A DNA stretch of 64,000 nucleotides from an uncultured Eubacteriales bacterium. Its GTDB lineage: Bacteria > Bacillota > Clostridia > Oscillospirales > Oscillospiraceae. The stretch is taken from NCBI GenBank assembly GCA_900317375.1, contig ONGJ01000002.1:78841-142840 (forward strand). Reading direction: 5' to 3'. The notes under the pieces are model-generated. The model saw only the letters and a list, made by a program, of their open reading frames with translations, made no database searches and was not told the origin of the DNA. Shown here piece by piece: positions 54,488-63,808 of this stretch (within the stretch, counting starts at the first letter, position 1; the number at the start of each line of letters is the position of its first letter). The position numbers were made by a program, and so were the translations under genes.

Positions 54488-55432
54488 ATGGATAAGATCG
54501 CCGTTCTGATCCCCTGCTATAACGAAGAGCGTACGGTTGAAAAGGTTGTTGCGGACTTTCAGCGCGCACTTCCCGAGGCCGTGGTTTATGTATATAACAA
54601 CAACTCCACCGACCACACAGCCGAGCTTGCCGAAAAGGCCGGGGCTGTTGTACGCAATGAGTATAAGCAGGGCAAAGGCAATGTCATCCGCAGCATGTTC
54701 CAGGACATCGATGCAGCATGCTATATCATGGCTGACGGCGATGACACCTATCCCGCCGAGGCCGCCAGAGAGCTTGCCGACCAGGTGCTTCATCACGGGG
54801 CGGATATGGTCGTCGGAGACCGGCTGTCTTCCACGTATTATACGCAGAACAAACGGCCCTTTCACAACTTCGGCAATGCGCTGGTGCGCTGGGGGATCAA
54901 CCTTCTTTTTGACAATGACATCAAGGACATCATGACCGGCTTTCGGGCCTTCAGTTATGAGTTCGTCAAGACCTTCCCGGTTCTCTCGCAGGGCTTTGAG
55001 ATTGAGACGGAAATGAGTATTCATGCCGTTGACAAAAACATGCAGATCGAGAATGTCGTCATCGACTACCGAGACCGGCCGGAGGGCAGTGTCTCAAAGC
55101 TCAACACCTACTCCGACGGTTTCAAGGTGATCCGAACGATCTTCCGTCTGTACCGCAGCTATCATCCCCTCGGCTTTTTCGGGATCATCGCACTGCTGCT
55201 CGCCATCCTATCCCTGCTGTTCTTTGTGCCGATCGTCGGAGAATATGTACACACCGGTCTGGTAGACCGTTTCCCGACCCTGATCGTCTGCGGCTTTACG
55301 ATGATCGCTGCGATTCAGTCTCTCTTTACAGGTCTGACCCTGGACACACTGCGCAAAAAAGACCGGCAGGATTTTGAAATGGAGCTTCTCCGGGCAAAAG
55401 GAGAAAAAAGAAAAAAGCTTTCGGAAGCATGA
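54488..55432 (+). CDS. family 2 glycosyltransferase with C-terminal TM helices (GtrB / polyprenyl-phosphate glycosyltransferase-like)
   Basis: ORF 54425..55432 trimmed to MDKIAVLIPCYNEE, preceded by AAGGAG. ADGDDTYP (DxD) and two C-terminal TM segments. Confidence 0.88.
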   Translation: MDKIAVLIPCYNEERTVEKVVADFQRALPEAVVYVYNNNSTDHTAELAEKAGAVVRNEYKQGKGNVIRSMFQDIDAACYIMADGDDTYPAEAARELADQVLHHGADMVVGDRLSSTYYTQNKRPFHNFGNALVRWGINLLFDNDIKDIMTGFRAFSYEFVKTFPVLSQGFEIETEMSIHAVDKNMQIENVVIDYRDRPEGSVSKLNTYSDGFKVIRTIFRLYRSYHPLGFFGIIALLLAILSLLFFVPIVGEYVHTGLVDRFPTLIVCGFTMIAAIQSLFTGLTLDTLRKKDRQDFEMELLRAKGEKRKKLSEA

Positions 55433-55456
55433 TATTGCCGTGCAGCGTACGCAGCG

Positions 55457-55504
55457 CAAAAAAGCATTCACCCGTCTGGTCAGAGACGGGTGAATGCTTT
55501 TTTG
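55457..55504. terminator. bidirectional intrinsic terminator (GT2 on + / ridA on -)
   Basis: GCATTCACCCGTCT-ggtcag-AGACGGGTGAATGC (14-bp stem), flanked by AAAAAA upstream and TTTTTT downstream. Confidence 0.85.
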
Positions 55505-55517
55505 CAGTTTGGATTGT

Positions 55518-55892
55518 TTATTCTGCCAGAGCGATCGCTTCCACCTCGCAGAGCACCTGCTTGGGCAGTTCGCGGACAGCGACGCAGGAGCGGGCCGGCT
55601 TGCTGACAAAGTATTTCTCATACACCGCGTTGAAAGCGGCAAAGTCCTTCATGTCTGCCAGGAAGCAGGTCGTCTTGATGACCTTCGAAAAGTCCGTCCC
55701 GGCAGCCTCCAGAATGGCGCCGATGTTTTTGCAGCTCTGTTCCGCCTGTTCGGCAATGGTGCTTCCGACAATCTCGCCTGTCTCGGGGTTCAGGGGTACC
55801 TGACCGGAGGTAAACAGGAAACCGTTGGCTGTGTAGGCCTGGGAATAGGGGCCGATGGCGGCCGGAGCCTTTTTGGTTGCAATCGTTTTCAT
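55518..55892 (-). CDS. ridA: RidA family reactive-intermediate deaminase (YjgF/L-PSP)
   Basis: ORF 55518..55949 trimmed to MKTIATKKAPAAIGPYSQA, preceded by AAGGAG. 124 aa of canonical RidA sequence. Confidence 0.9.
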   Translation of the reverse strand: MKTIATKKAPAAIGPYSQAYTANGFLFTSGQVPLNPETGEIVGSTIAEQAEQSCKNIGAILEAAGTDFSKVIKTTCFLADMKDFAAFNAVYEKYFVSKPARSCVAVRELPKQVLCEVEAIALAE

Positions 55893-56396
55893 GGGTTTTC
55901 TCCTTTTTGTTTCTGTAGTTTTCTGTCCGGGCGTTGATTTGACCGGCAATATACACTGTATTTATTATACCACACTTTCCCGGTAATGGAAGCCTCTGTT
56001 TTATAAACCATCGGAAGATAACATGAATCCCCCGCCGAGGCGGGGGATCGCAGTCAGATTCTATTCATCCTCGTCGATGCAGTCTTCGCCAAAAAGCGCT
56101 GCAATCAGCTCATAGGTCAGTTGCTGGTTTCGGAAAACTTCTCTCATGGTATCTTCCACGGTAATCAACCTCCCTGTCGGATTCTGTTTTCATCCTGTTT
56201 CTTTTCAGCACTTTGCCCAGAATTTGGCGGATCATCTCAAGTGAACTTGGCGCTTTTTCATAATAACAGGACTGATCCCCTCCGTCAACAAACATTCCGT
56301 AACAGTTCAGAACGAATCCAGTAAAGAAGAGATACAATCACGACAGAAACCGGCGTGAATTGGCCGGAATGAATGAAAATCGGAAACAATTCGGAA

Positions 56397-56425
56397 CGAA
56401 CCCGCCGGCAATGCCGGCGGGTTCG
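56397..56425 (-). terminator. terminator hairpin after the Fe-S flavoprotein gene
   Basis: Palindrome CGAACCCGCCGGCA-A-TGCCGGCGGGTTCG immediately downstream of the stop at 56432. Confidence 0.5.
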
Positions 56426-56431
56426 CTGGTT

Positions 56432-59134
56432 TTATCTGCGGAGTAAGCCGATGGCCTTTTTGCCTGCGTACTTCAGCATCGGGCCGACCTTGTCCTCGCA
56501 GCGAACCATGTTGGACGCCTCGGGAACATCCCGCTCGAGGTGGATGGCATCGAACATGCAGCGGGTGGTGCACAGACCGCAGCCGATGCAGCGGTTGGGA
56601 TCCACCACACTTACGCCGCAGCCCAGGCAGCGGCTGGCCTCTGCTTTGACCTGCTCCTCGGTAAAGGTAAGACGGTCATGCTCAAAGGATTTTGCCTTCG
56701 ACTGATCGTGCAGAATCGGCTGGCGGGCCGGACGGTCGAAGCAGTCGACATCGATGAGGAGGTCTTTCTTATCCAGTTCGTAGAACTCGCGGAGATTTCT
56801 GCCGCGGGTCAGGCTCTGGCCATCCTGTACAAAACGGTGCAGTGACTCGGCACCCTCGCGGCCGGCCGCAATCGCGTCAATGGCAAACTTCGGTCCGGTA
56901 TAGACATCGCCGCCGACGAAGATGTCGGGCTGTGCGGTCTGATAGGTGACGGGATCGGCAACAGCGGTGCCCTTTTTGCCGGTTTTGAGCTCGCCGATAT
57001 CCAGGCCGCCCCAGTCGATGCCCTGGCCGATGGCGCTGATCACAGAGTCTACCTCGATGGTCTCAAAGGTACCGGTGCCGACCGGGGTGGGGTTGCCCTT
57101 TTCATCCGGGGCGCCCAGTTCCATGATCTCGACCTTCACGCCGGTGACCTTGCCGTTCTCGCCGATGATCTCGGCCGGTGCGCTGAGGAAACGGAACGTC
57201 ACGCCCTCTTGCTTTGCCTCGGCGACCTCTTCTTTATCGGCAGGCATCTCGGCCTCGCTGCGGCGGTAAACGACTGTTGTCTCGGCGCCGAGGCGGACCG
57301 CGGTCCGGCAGACGTCCATTGCCACATTGCCGCCGCCGATGACGGCACACTTTTTACCGATTCTCGGCTTTTTGCCCAGATTGACCTGGCGCAGGAACTC
57401 CACGCCGCCGTAAACGCCCTTCAGCTCCTCGCCGGGGATGCGGAGGGCGGAGCCCTTCTGGGCACCGATGGCCACATAGAAGCCCTTATAGCCTTCGTCA
57501 CGCAGCTGCTGGATCGTCACATCTTTTCCGACCTCGGTGTTCATGCGGAACTTGACGCCCATCTTTTCGAGGACAGCGATTTCGCCCCTGAGAGCGCTGC
57601 GGTCGAGCCGGTAGCTCGGGATGCCCATGACGAGCATGCCGCCGGGCTCGGGGTTGCGGTCGAAGACCGTAACATTCTCATACCCCATCCGGGCAAGATA
57701 ATAGGCACAGCTCAGGCCGGCCGGTCCGGCGCCGATAATGGCGATCTTCTCCTCATAGGGCTTGTCAATCGGGCGGCGGTAGAGCCGTTCGGGAACGTAG
57801 GGTTCCTCGCTCTTCAGGTCCTGTTCGGCGATGAACTTCTTAATCTCATCGATGGCCAGGGCCTTGTCCAGAGAGCCTCTGGTGCAGGCATCCTCGCAGC
57901 GGCGGTTGCAGACATAGCCGCAGACCGAGGGGAAGGGGTTGTCCTGCTTGATGAGCTTGAGGGCATCCAGATAGCGGCCTTCTTTCGCCAGTTTGATGTA
58001 GCCCTGAATGGCGATGTGGGCGGGACATGCGGTCTTGCAGGGGGCCGTGCCCGACTCATGACAGTTTTTGCGGTTGTCGAAGACATAGTTCGGGTTCCAC
58101 TTGTCCTCACCCCACACGAGGCCTTCCGGTTTTTCCTGCTGCGGGTAGCTGACCTCACCCTGCTTGGTGCAGAGCTTCTGCCCCAGCTTGACGGCACCGG
58201 CGGGACAGACCTCGACGCACTTGCCGCAGGCAACGCAGTTCTCTTTGTTGACATGGGCGCGGTAAGCGGAGGCGGACAGGTTGGGTGTATTGAACAGCTG
58301 GCTGGTGCGCAGGGCAAAGCAGACGCCCAGGTCACAGTTGCAGAGGCCGAAGATTTTATCCTCGCCGTCGATGTTCGTCACCTGGTGGACATAGCCGTTC
58401 TCCTCGGCACGCTTGCAGATCTGCAGCGCCTCTTCCTTGGTGATGGGGCGTCCTTTGCCGGTCTCGATCAGATAGGTCGCAAAATCGCCGAGGCCAATGC
58501 AGCAGTCGTCCTGAATCTCGCCCGAGCCCTCGCCGTAGAGGCGGCGGGCATTGCGGCAGGAACAGTAGCCGACGGAGAGCTTGCCCTCATATTTGTCTAA
58601 CCAGTGGGAAATATGCTCGATGGAGGCAGACTGGGTATGTGTGGGAATCGCGTTCTCGACGGGAATCACGTGCATGCCGATGCCGTCGCCGCCCGGCGGG
58701 ATCAGATGGGTCTTGCCTGCCAGCGGCAGGTAGGTCATCTTATCAAAGCTGTCGGCAAGTTCCGGGTACTTCTCGACCTGCTTCAGCACCATGTTGGTCA
58801 TCTCTGCGATGCCGGGCACAAAGAGCTGGACGTAGTACTGTTTTTCGTGCTGCGGGTTCTCCCAGTTATACTCCACCGCGCCGGTCCGGGCGGCCTTTTC
58901 CAGAAGCTCCTCCACATGTTTGGGGTCCTTGCCGGTGATTTTGGCGATGACATCCAGGGTCTTGGGCTTGCGCAGGCCCATCTTGAGCATGATCTCCGCC
59001 TGCTCATCACTCTCCAGGGAGCGGTCCAGAAGGATATATTCCGGATCCTCCTCCGTCAGTCTTTTGATGCCGAATTTATACGGCAGACGGTCAGTGATCA
59101 TTTTGCCGAGATCAAACAGGATCTCTCTTGCCAT
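56432..59134 (-). CDS. large Fe-S flavoprotein oxidoreductase (GltD-like NAD(P)H/FAD module with several 4Fe-4S ferredoxin motifs)
   Basis: 900 aa. CVACGKCVEVCP; GltD-type N-terminal cluster region (CKTACPAH...CGYVCNRRCEDAC); FAD/NAD motifs IAIIGAGPAGL and VIGGGNVAMD; C-terminal CLGCG...CIGCGLCTTRC. Confidence 0.85.
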   Translation of the reverse strand: MAREILFDLGKMITDRLPYKFGIKRLTEEDPEYILLDRSLESDEQAEIMLKMGLRKPKTLDVIAKITGKDPKHVEELLEKAARTGAVEYNWENPQHEKQYYVQLFVPGIAEMTNMVLKQVEKYPELADSFDKMTYLPLAGKTHLIPPGGDGIGMHVIPVENAIPTHTQSASIEHISHWLDKYEGKLSVGYCSCRNARRLYGEGSGEIQDDCCIGLGDFATYLIETGKGRPITKEEALQICKRAEENGYVHQVTNIDGEDKIFGLCNCDLGVCFALRTSQLFNTPNLSASAYRAHVNKENCVACGKCVEVCPAGAVKLGQKLCTKQGEVSYPQQEKPEGLVWGEDKWNPNYVFDNRKNCHESGTAPCKTACPAHIAIQGYIKLAKEGRYLDALKLIKQDNPFPSVCGYVCNRRCEDACTRGSLDKALAIDEIKKFIAEQDLKSEEPYVPERLYRRPIDKPYEEKIAIIGAGPAGLSCAYYLARMGYENVTVFDRNPEPGGMLVMGIPSYRLDRSALRGEIAVLEKMGVKFRMNTEVGKDVTIQQLRDEGYKGFYVAIGAQKGSALRIPGEELKGVYGGVEFLRQVNLGKKPRIGKKCAVIGGGNVAMDVCRTAVRLGAETTVVYRRSEAEMPADKEEVAEAKQEGVTFRFLSAPAEIIGENGKVTGVKVEIMELGAPDEKGNPTPVGTGTFETIEVDSVISAIGQGIDWGGLDIGELKTGKKGTAVADPVTYQTAQPDIFVGGDVYTGPKFAIDAIAAGREGAESLHRFVQDGQSLTRGRNLREFYELDKKDLLIDVDCFDRPARQPILHDQSKAKSFEHDRLTFTEEQVKAEASRCLGCGVSVVDPNRCIGCGLCTTRCMFDAIHLERDVPEASNMVRCEDKVGPMLKYAGKKAIGLLRR

Positions 59135-59254
59135 ACTGTCGCTTCTCCTTTCAGATTGATAATTTCAGATAGACTTATAAACTATAATAACCTCTCTGTC
59201 TTTCACTATACCATATTGCCGGGAAAAAGTCATTCAAAACTTTTCCGCGCCGGC

Positions 59255-59911
59255 TCATGGTGATGAACTGCTGAGGATGCGAAGCACCTCGATGACGTCC
59301 CGGTGTCTGACGTCCCTCGGTTCAAAATGTACGATGCGGCAGACCAGCTGCATCACGAGGCCGGCACCCAGTACGCTCACCAGGGTACCGATGCCCACCG
59401 GACCGCCGAGCAGCCAGCCGACCAGCACCACGACAGCCCAGAGCCCGACCTCGACCAGACCGATGGGCACCTTCGGCAGGCGTTTTCCCAGGCCGACCAG
59501 CAGCGCATCTCGAGGACCGCAGCACTGGGCCCCGCTCATGTAGATCCACTGGCCGACCGCCATGAACACGAAGCCGAGCAGCATGATCGGGATGCCGGTC
59601 AGGGCCCCCTGGTTCAGCGGGAGGGGATTAATGTCACTGATGAACTGTACGGTATTGCCGACGACCAGTGCGTCCAGAATGGTCCCGAAGCCGATGCGCT
59701 CTTTCATCAGCAGGTCGAGACCGATGATAATCAGCGAGATCAGCGTCACCGTCATCCCGTAGTTCAGGGGAAGATGATAGGAAAGGCCCATGGCAAGGCA
59801 GTCCCAGGGCGCAAGCCCGATATTGGCAAAAATCGTGCAGTGCACGCCGAAAGAGAAAATGATCAGACCGAAGATGATCTGTCCCCACTGCCTGATAATC
59901 AGTTTTTTCAT
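59255..59911 (-). CDS. polytopic membrane protein (YczE/YitT-like)
   Basis: ORF 59255..60346 trimmed to MKKLIIRQWGQIIFGLIIFSFG, preceded by AAGGAAGG. ~6 TM segments. The upstream Arg/Pro-rich extension overlaps the opposite-strand gene. Confidence 0.72.
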   Translation of the reverse strand: MKKLIIRQWGQIIFGLIIFSFGVHCTIFANIGLAPWDCLAMGLSYHLPLNYGMTVTLISLIIIGLDLLMKERIGFGTILDALVVGNTVQFISDINPLPLNQGALTGIPIMLLGFVFMAVGQWIYMSGAQCCGPRDALLVGLGKRLPKVPIGLVEVGLWAVVVLVGWLLGGPVGIGTLVSVLGAGLVMQLVCRIVHFEPRDVRHRDVIEVLRILSSSSP

Positions 59912-60087
59912 GTGCTGCCTTCCTTTCGGAGCTTTCCTGCCGCTCCCGGATTCGCCGACCATTGTAGCACAGAGACAGCCTCCCGGCAACTGCCTGTTGT
60001 CACCGGTATTTGTTGCAAAAATAACATCTGTTGACAAGCCCGGGCCCATCACGTATAGTGTGTAAAAGATAAGAAAAGAGGTCTGAC

Positions 60088-61161
60088 ATGGATAAACTGA
60101 AAGCCTTTCTCGCACGCAAAAACATCGTGATCTCGGCCAGAAGATACGGCATCGACGCCCTGGGCGCCATGGCGCAGGGCCTGTTCTGTTCCCTTCTGAT
60201 CGGCACGATTTTAAAGACCCTCGGCCAGCAGCTCGGCTGGGCCCTGCTGGTGGATATCGGTGCCTACGCCATGGCAGTCTCCGGCCCGGCGATGGCCGTT
60301 GCCATCGGTTACGCCCTGCAGGCTGACCCGATGGTGCTGTTCTCACTGGCCGCGGTCGGCTGGTCGGCCAACGCTGAGGGCGGCGCCGGCGGTCCGCTTG
60401 CCGTGCTGATCATCGCCATCGTGGCGGCTGAATGCGGCAAGGCCGTCTCAAAGGAAACCCGCATTGACATTCTGGTCACCCCGGCTGTGACGATCTTCAT
60501 AGGCGTTGCCCTTGCCAAGCTCATCGCGCCGCCGATCGGGAGCGCGGCAAGCGCCTTCGGTCTTGTTATCGACCGGGCCACCAAGCTTCAGCCCTTCTGG
60601 ATGGGGATTGCGGTCTCGGTGCTGGTCGGTGTGGCGCTGACCCTGCCCATTTCGTCGGCAGCCATCTGCTCGGTGCTGGGCCTTACCGGCCTCGCGGGCG
60701 GTGCTGCTGTAGCAGGCTGCTGTGCGCAGATGGTGGGCTTTGCCGTGATGTCCTTCAAGGAGAACAGCTGGGGCGGCCTGATCAGCCAGGGTCTCGGCAC
60801 CTCGATGCTGCAGATGCCGAACATTGTACGCAACCCGCGGATCTGGATCGCACCAACCCTGACCGCGGCCATCACCGGTCCCATCGCGACCTGCGTTTTC
60901 GGCCTTGAGATGAACGGCGCCCCGATCAACTCGGGCATGGGCACCTGCGGCCTCTGCGGTCAGATCGGTGTCTGGACGGGCTGGCTTGCACCGAGCGAGA
61001 TTGCCGTCAGCAAGGGTGCCGTCCCGATCATCCCGACAGCCTTTGACTGGATCGGCCTCATTTTGATCTGCTTCATCCTGCCGGTCGTTCTCGCCCCGGC
61101 CATTAACGCGCTCTGCCGCCGGCTTGGCTGGGTCCACGATGGAGACCTCAAGCTCTCGTGA
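60088..61161 (+). CDS. PTS EIIC-like membrane protein (PfoR family)
   Basis: 357 aa, ~10 TM segments, Gly/Ala-rich. The N-terminus (MDKLKAFLARKNIVISARRYGIDALGAMAQGLF) resembles PfoR/COG3641-type proteins, recalled from memory. Confidence 0.65.
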   Translation: MDKLKAFLARKNIVISARRYGIDALGAMAQGLFCSLLIGTILKTLGQQLGWALLVDIGAYAMAVSGPAMAVAIGYALQADPMVLFSLAAVGWSANAEGGAGGPLAVLIIAIVAAECGKAVSKETRIDILVTPAVTIFIGVALAKLIAPPIGSAASAFGLVIDRATKLQPFWMGIAVSVLVGVALTLPISSAAICSVLGLTGLAGGAAVAGCCAQMVGFAVMSFKENSWGGLISQGLGTSMLQMPNIVRNPRIWIAPTLTAAITGPIATCVFGLEMNGAPINSGMGTCGLCGQIGVWTGWLAPSEIAVSKGAVPIIPTAFDWIGLILICFILPVVLAPAINALCRRLGWVHDGDLKLS

Positions 61162-61171
61162 ACGCAGAAAA

Positions 61172-61203
61172 ACTCCTGATCCGTCCCATGCCGGATCAGG
61201 AGT
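61172..61203. terminator. bidirectional terminator between convergent genes
   Basis: ACTCCTGATCCG-8 nt-CGGATCAGGAGT (12-bp stem), with AGAAAA upstream and TTGCTGTCTT downstream. Confidence 0.7.
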
Positions 61204-61212
61204 TTGCTGTCT

Positions 61213-62256
61213 TCAGGCTCTCCCGAAGAAGATATCGTCGATAGAGAAATCGGGATCGTCATAGAAGGACCAGTACATGCCGTCCTTCGAGGTGGAGAAA
61301 TCGAGATCCCCGCTACCGTCGGTCCAGATCTGAGAGTCTTCGTTATCCTGTTCATCATAGGTGTACTTGGTTCTGAGACAGTTGTCGTAGTACAGCACAC
61401 CCTCGTTGTTGAAGGTACCGCCAAACTCCCATGTATAAATCTCACTGCTGCTGATTGGCCAGGTCACCTTCACATCGTACCAGCTGGAATCCCCGCTGAT
61501 CTCCATGGTCATCTCGTTGTCCTCGTCCACGAAGAGGCCGGTAAAGCCGCCGTAAGCCGCTGCCGTGGAGGCGGATGCACCGGGTCTGGCAGCAGCGCCG
61601 CCCTGGCCAGCAGCCGTCACGGTAACCGTTGCCTTCTGGGTGTCGACGCTGCCGACATCATTGCTGTAGCGGCAGTACACCTTCCAGCCGTTCATGCCCT
61701 GCGGCACGTTGCTTAGCTGCAGGTTGCTGTACATCCCGTTGAGGACCGTCATGGTCGGAAACTCAACGCCGATCCCGCCGTAGTCGAAATCCTTCTGTCC
61801 GTCCGGACTCACAAAGTGCCATGTGGCATAGACCGCATTCTGGTAATCCGCCGTAAAGCTACACGAGCCGCCGACAACCACGGTTTCATCCGTCGGGTTC
61901 TTTGTCACGGTCGGCGCGCCTGGCACCGGCGTCGGGGTTGGCGACGGTGAAGGCGACGGTGGCGGAGGGGGCGAGGCCGCAGGGGCCGAGGTTGGGGTTG
62001 AAGTCGGCGTTGTCGTGACCGCCGGCATCGGTGCCGGCGATGCCGCTGCAGCGGGCGTCGGCGCACCTGCGGGCGTCTGCGTTGATGCCGCCGCGGGCGT
62101 CGGTGCGGATGACGGGGTCGGGGTTGGCTCGGGCGTATCCACGATTACCGGAGTTGGCGTTGCCGCCGGTCTCTCCCCCGGGTCAGCCTTTTTCCCGCAG
62201 CCGGCAAGCAGCACAGCTGAAAGCAGCAGCAGCAGAATCATTCTGTATTTTTTCAT
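61213..62256 (-). CDS. lipoprotein with a Pro/Thr/Ala-rich linker, an Ig-like domain and a C-terminal acidic beta-rich domain
   Basis: ORF 61213..62295 trimmed to MKKYRMILLLLLSAVLLAGC (lipobox LAGC). Its Ig-like segment is paralogous to the one in the 7645..9678 protein. Confidence 0.8.
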   Translation of the reverse strand: MKKYRMILLLLLSAVLLAGCGKKADPGERPAATPTPVIVDTPEPTPTPSSAPTPAAASTQTPAGAPTPAAAASPAPMPAVTTTPTSTPTSAPAASPPPPPSPSPSPTPTPVPGAPTVTKNPTDETVVVGGSCSFTADYQNAVYATWHFVSPDGQKDFDYGGIGVEFPTMTVLNGMYSNLQLSNVPQGMNGWKVYCRYSNDVGSVDTQKATVTVTAAGQGGAAARPGASASTAAAYGGFTGLFVDEDNEMTMEISGDSSWYDVKVTWPISSSEIYTWEFGGTFNNEGVLYYDNCLRTKYTYDEQDNEDSQIWTDGSGDLDFSTSKDGMYWSFYDDPDFSIDDIFFGRA

Positions 62257-62346
62257 ACGGACCCTCCGTACAGTCTTATCAGATTCTCTGCCCATCCTAT
62301 CACAGTCGCATCCTCAATTCAAGTTCTTTTCCCGGAGGTAAAGCCC

Positions 62347-62883
62347 ATGAAAAGCAATTCTTCCGTCCCTCTCGAAATTGAGCGCAAATTTCTGATTGCC
62401 TTTCCCTCTCTCTCGTGGCTCGAACAGCAGCCCGGCGCAAGGAAAGTCGAAATCGAACAGACCTATCTGAGCTCCGAACACGGTTCCAGCCGCCGCGTCC
62501 GTCTGTGGCGCGACGAGGAAGGGCTGCGCATCTTCCGCGGTGTCAAGCGCCCTCTCAGCGATATGACCCGTATCGAGGAAGAAGAGGAGATCAGCCCGGA
62601 GGAATACCAGCTTTTGATGGCCGAAGCGGACCCGACCCGCCGTCCCGTGCGCAAGACACGCTGGTGCCTCCCCTATGAAGGGCACGTGCTCGAGATTGAC
62701 CTCTATCCCTTCTGGCGCACCCAGGCCGTCCTCGAATGCGAACTGGAGGACGAGGCAGAGAGCTTTCTGCTCCCTCCCGAGATCAGGGTACTGCGCGAGG
62801 TGACGGAAGATCGGCGTTATCTGAATTCCTCCCTTGCCGGGATGAATGAGGAGGAACTCGAGGAACTGGTGATTCTCGCCTGA
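62347..62883 (+). CDS. CYTH domain protein (triphosphate tunnel metalloenzyme)
   Basis: 178 aa. N-terminal EIERKFL signature (ExExK) and acidic beta strands (LEIDLY..., ECELEDE). Confidence 0.85.
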   Translation: MKSNSSVPLEIERKFLIAFPSLSWLEQQPGARKVEIEQTYLSSEHGSSRRVRLWRDEEGLRIFRGVKRPLSDMTRIEEEEEISPEEYQLLMAEADPTRRPVRKTRWCLPYEGHVLEIDLYPFWRTQAVLECELEDEAESFLLPPEIRVLREVTEDRRYLNSSLAGMNEEELEELVILA

Positions 62884-62898
62884 CGCGCCGGGAACGGA

Positions 62899-63444
62899 TT
62901 ATCTGTTCCAGAGGTAAACCGGGATGACGGTTTCGGTGCCGTAGCAGCTGACCGTCAGTTCAATCTTCCCTGCCGGCTTGATCGCCGAAAACTTGCAGCT
63001 TGTCCTGTCGTCACTGACCGTGAGGGTTGCCGCCTTGTCATCACTGACAGACCAGTAAATCGGCGGGCGGGTCAGCTTCGGCTCCATCACGGCGGTAATC
63101 TCAAGCGGCCGGTCCTCCACATACATGGTAAAACCGTCCTCTCCCAGTTCACTGCCGGCGGCGTAGAGCCGGAGACTGCCGATGGCGGGCGTCGGTGTCG
63201 GAGCCGTCGAAGGCCGGGCCGGCACGACGATGACCTTGGAAGCAGGCTCTTCCGTCAAGACTTCATCTTTCTTTTCACGGTAATACAGAGAGAGAAAATT
63301 CAGTGCAATGGCAATAACGGTGGCAGCAGCCAGCATGATAGCGAAGGACCTGGTCCACTGCAGGGGATTTTCCTCTGCTTTCCTTTCACCCCCCGGACCG
63401 TCAGCTGTCTGCGCCATGCTTCTGTTCGGCAGATAGTACACCAT
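62899..63444 (-). CDS. single-pass membrane protein with an extracellular Ig-like (Big-type) domain
   Basis: ORF 62899..63639 trimmed to MVYYLPNRS, preceded by GGAGGG; an alternative ATG lies at 63417. TM FAIMLAAATVIAIALNFLSLYY, a PT linker and a beta-rich C-terminus. Confidence 0.6.
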   Translation of the reverse strand: MVYYLPNRSMAQTADGPGGERKAEENPLQWTRSFAIMLAAATVIAIALNFLSLYYREKKDEVLTEEPASKVIVVPARPSTAPTPTPAIGSLRLYAAGSELGEDGFTMYVEDRPLEITAVMEPKLTRPPIYWSVSDDKAATLTVSDDRTSCKFSAIKPAGKIELTVSCYGTETVIPVYLWNR

Positions 63445-63808
63445 GTGTGAAACACCCTCCAGCATACATAATGGAAGCTGCCCATACACGGCGTTTCCGG
63501 AAGAATGCCCGCGAATCATGATTCGCGAGGCTCTCTGTCCCTTCTCTTGTGCCGGAAAAGGCCGCGCAAGGCATGTAACCACAAGATATTGTACCACACC
63601 GGGGAAAAAATGCAAGAGAAGAACGTGACAGTATGCCACATTATTTTTGCTTGAAAAAGCAGTGTCTGATGTGTTAGTCTATAATACAGATGTAATTCTT
63701 CAGCAGGACGTGTGACAGTTGTGTGACATGCTCTGTGATACGCTGACTCCATGGCAGAGCATTTGCAGTTTCCCAATATAGAGACTATTTTTAAAAAGGA
63801 GATTCAAT

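Noticed and set aside
56110-56337. ORFs of 67-75 aa on both strands in the ridA-flavoprotein gap
   Set aside because: They have no RBS and odd composition, and they overlap each other in the same short interval. Only the 32-codon ORF with a GGGAGG RBS was kept, as a low-confidence finding.
59912-60346. 145-codon N-terminal extension of the YczE-like membrane protein ORF
   Set aside because: The extension is Arg/Pro/Gly-rich and overlaps the divergent PfoR-like gene and its upstream region. The ATG at 59911 has an AAGGAAGG RBS and begins with a typical MKK + TM segment.
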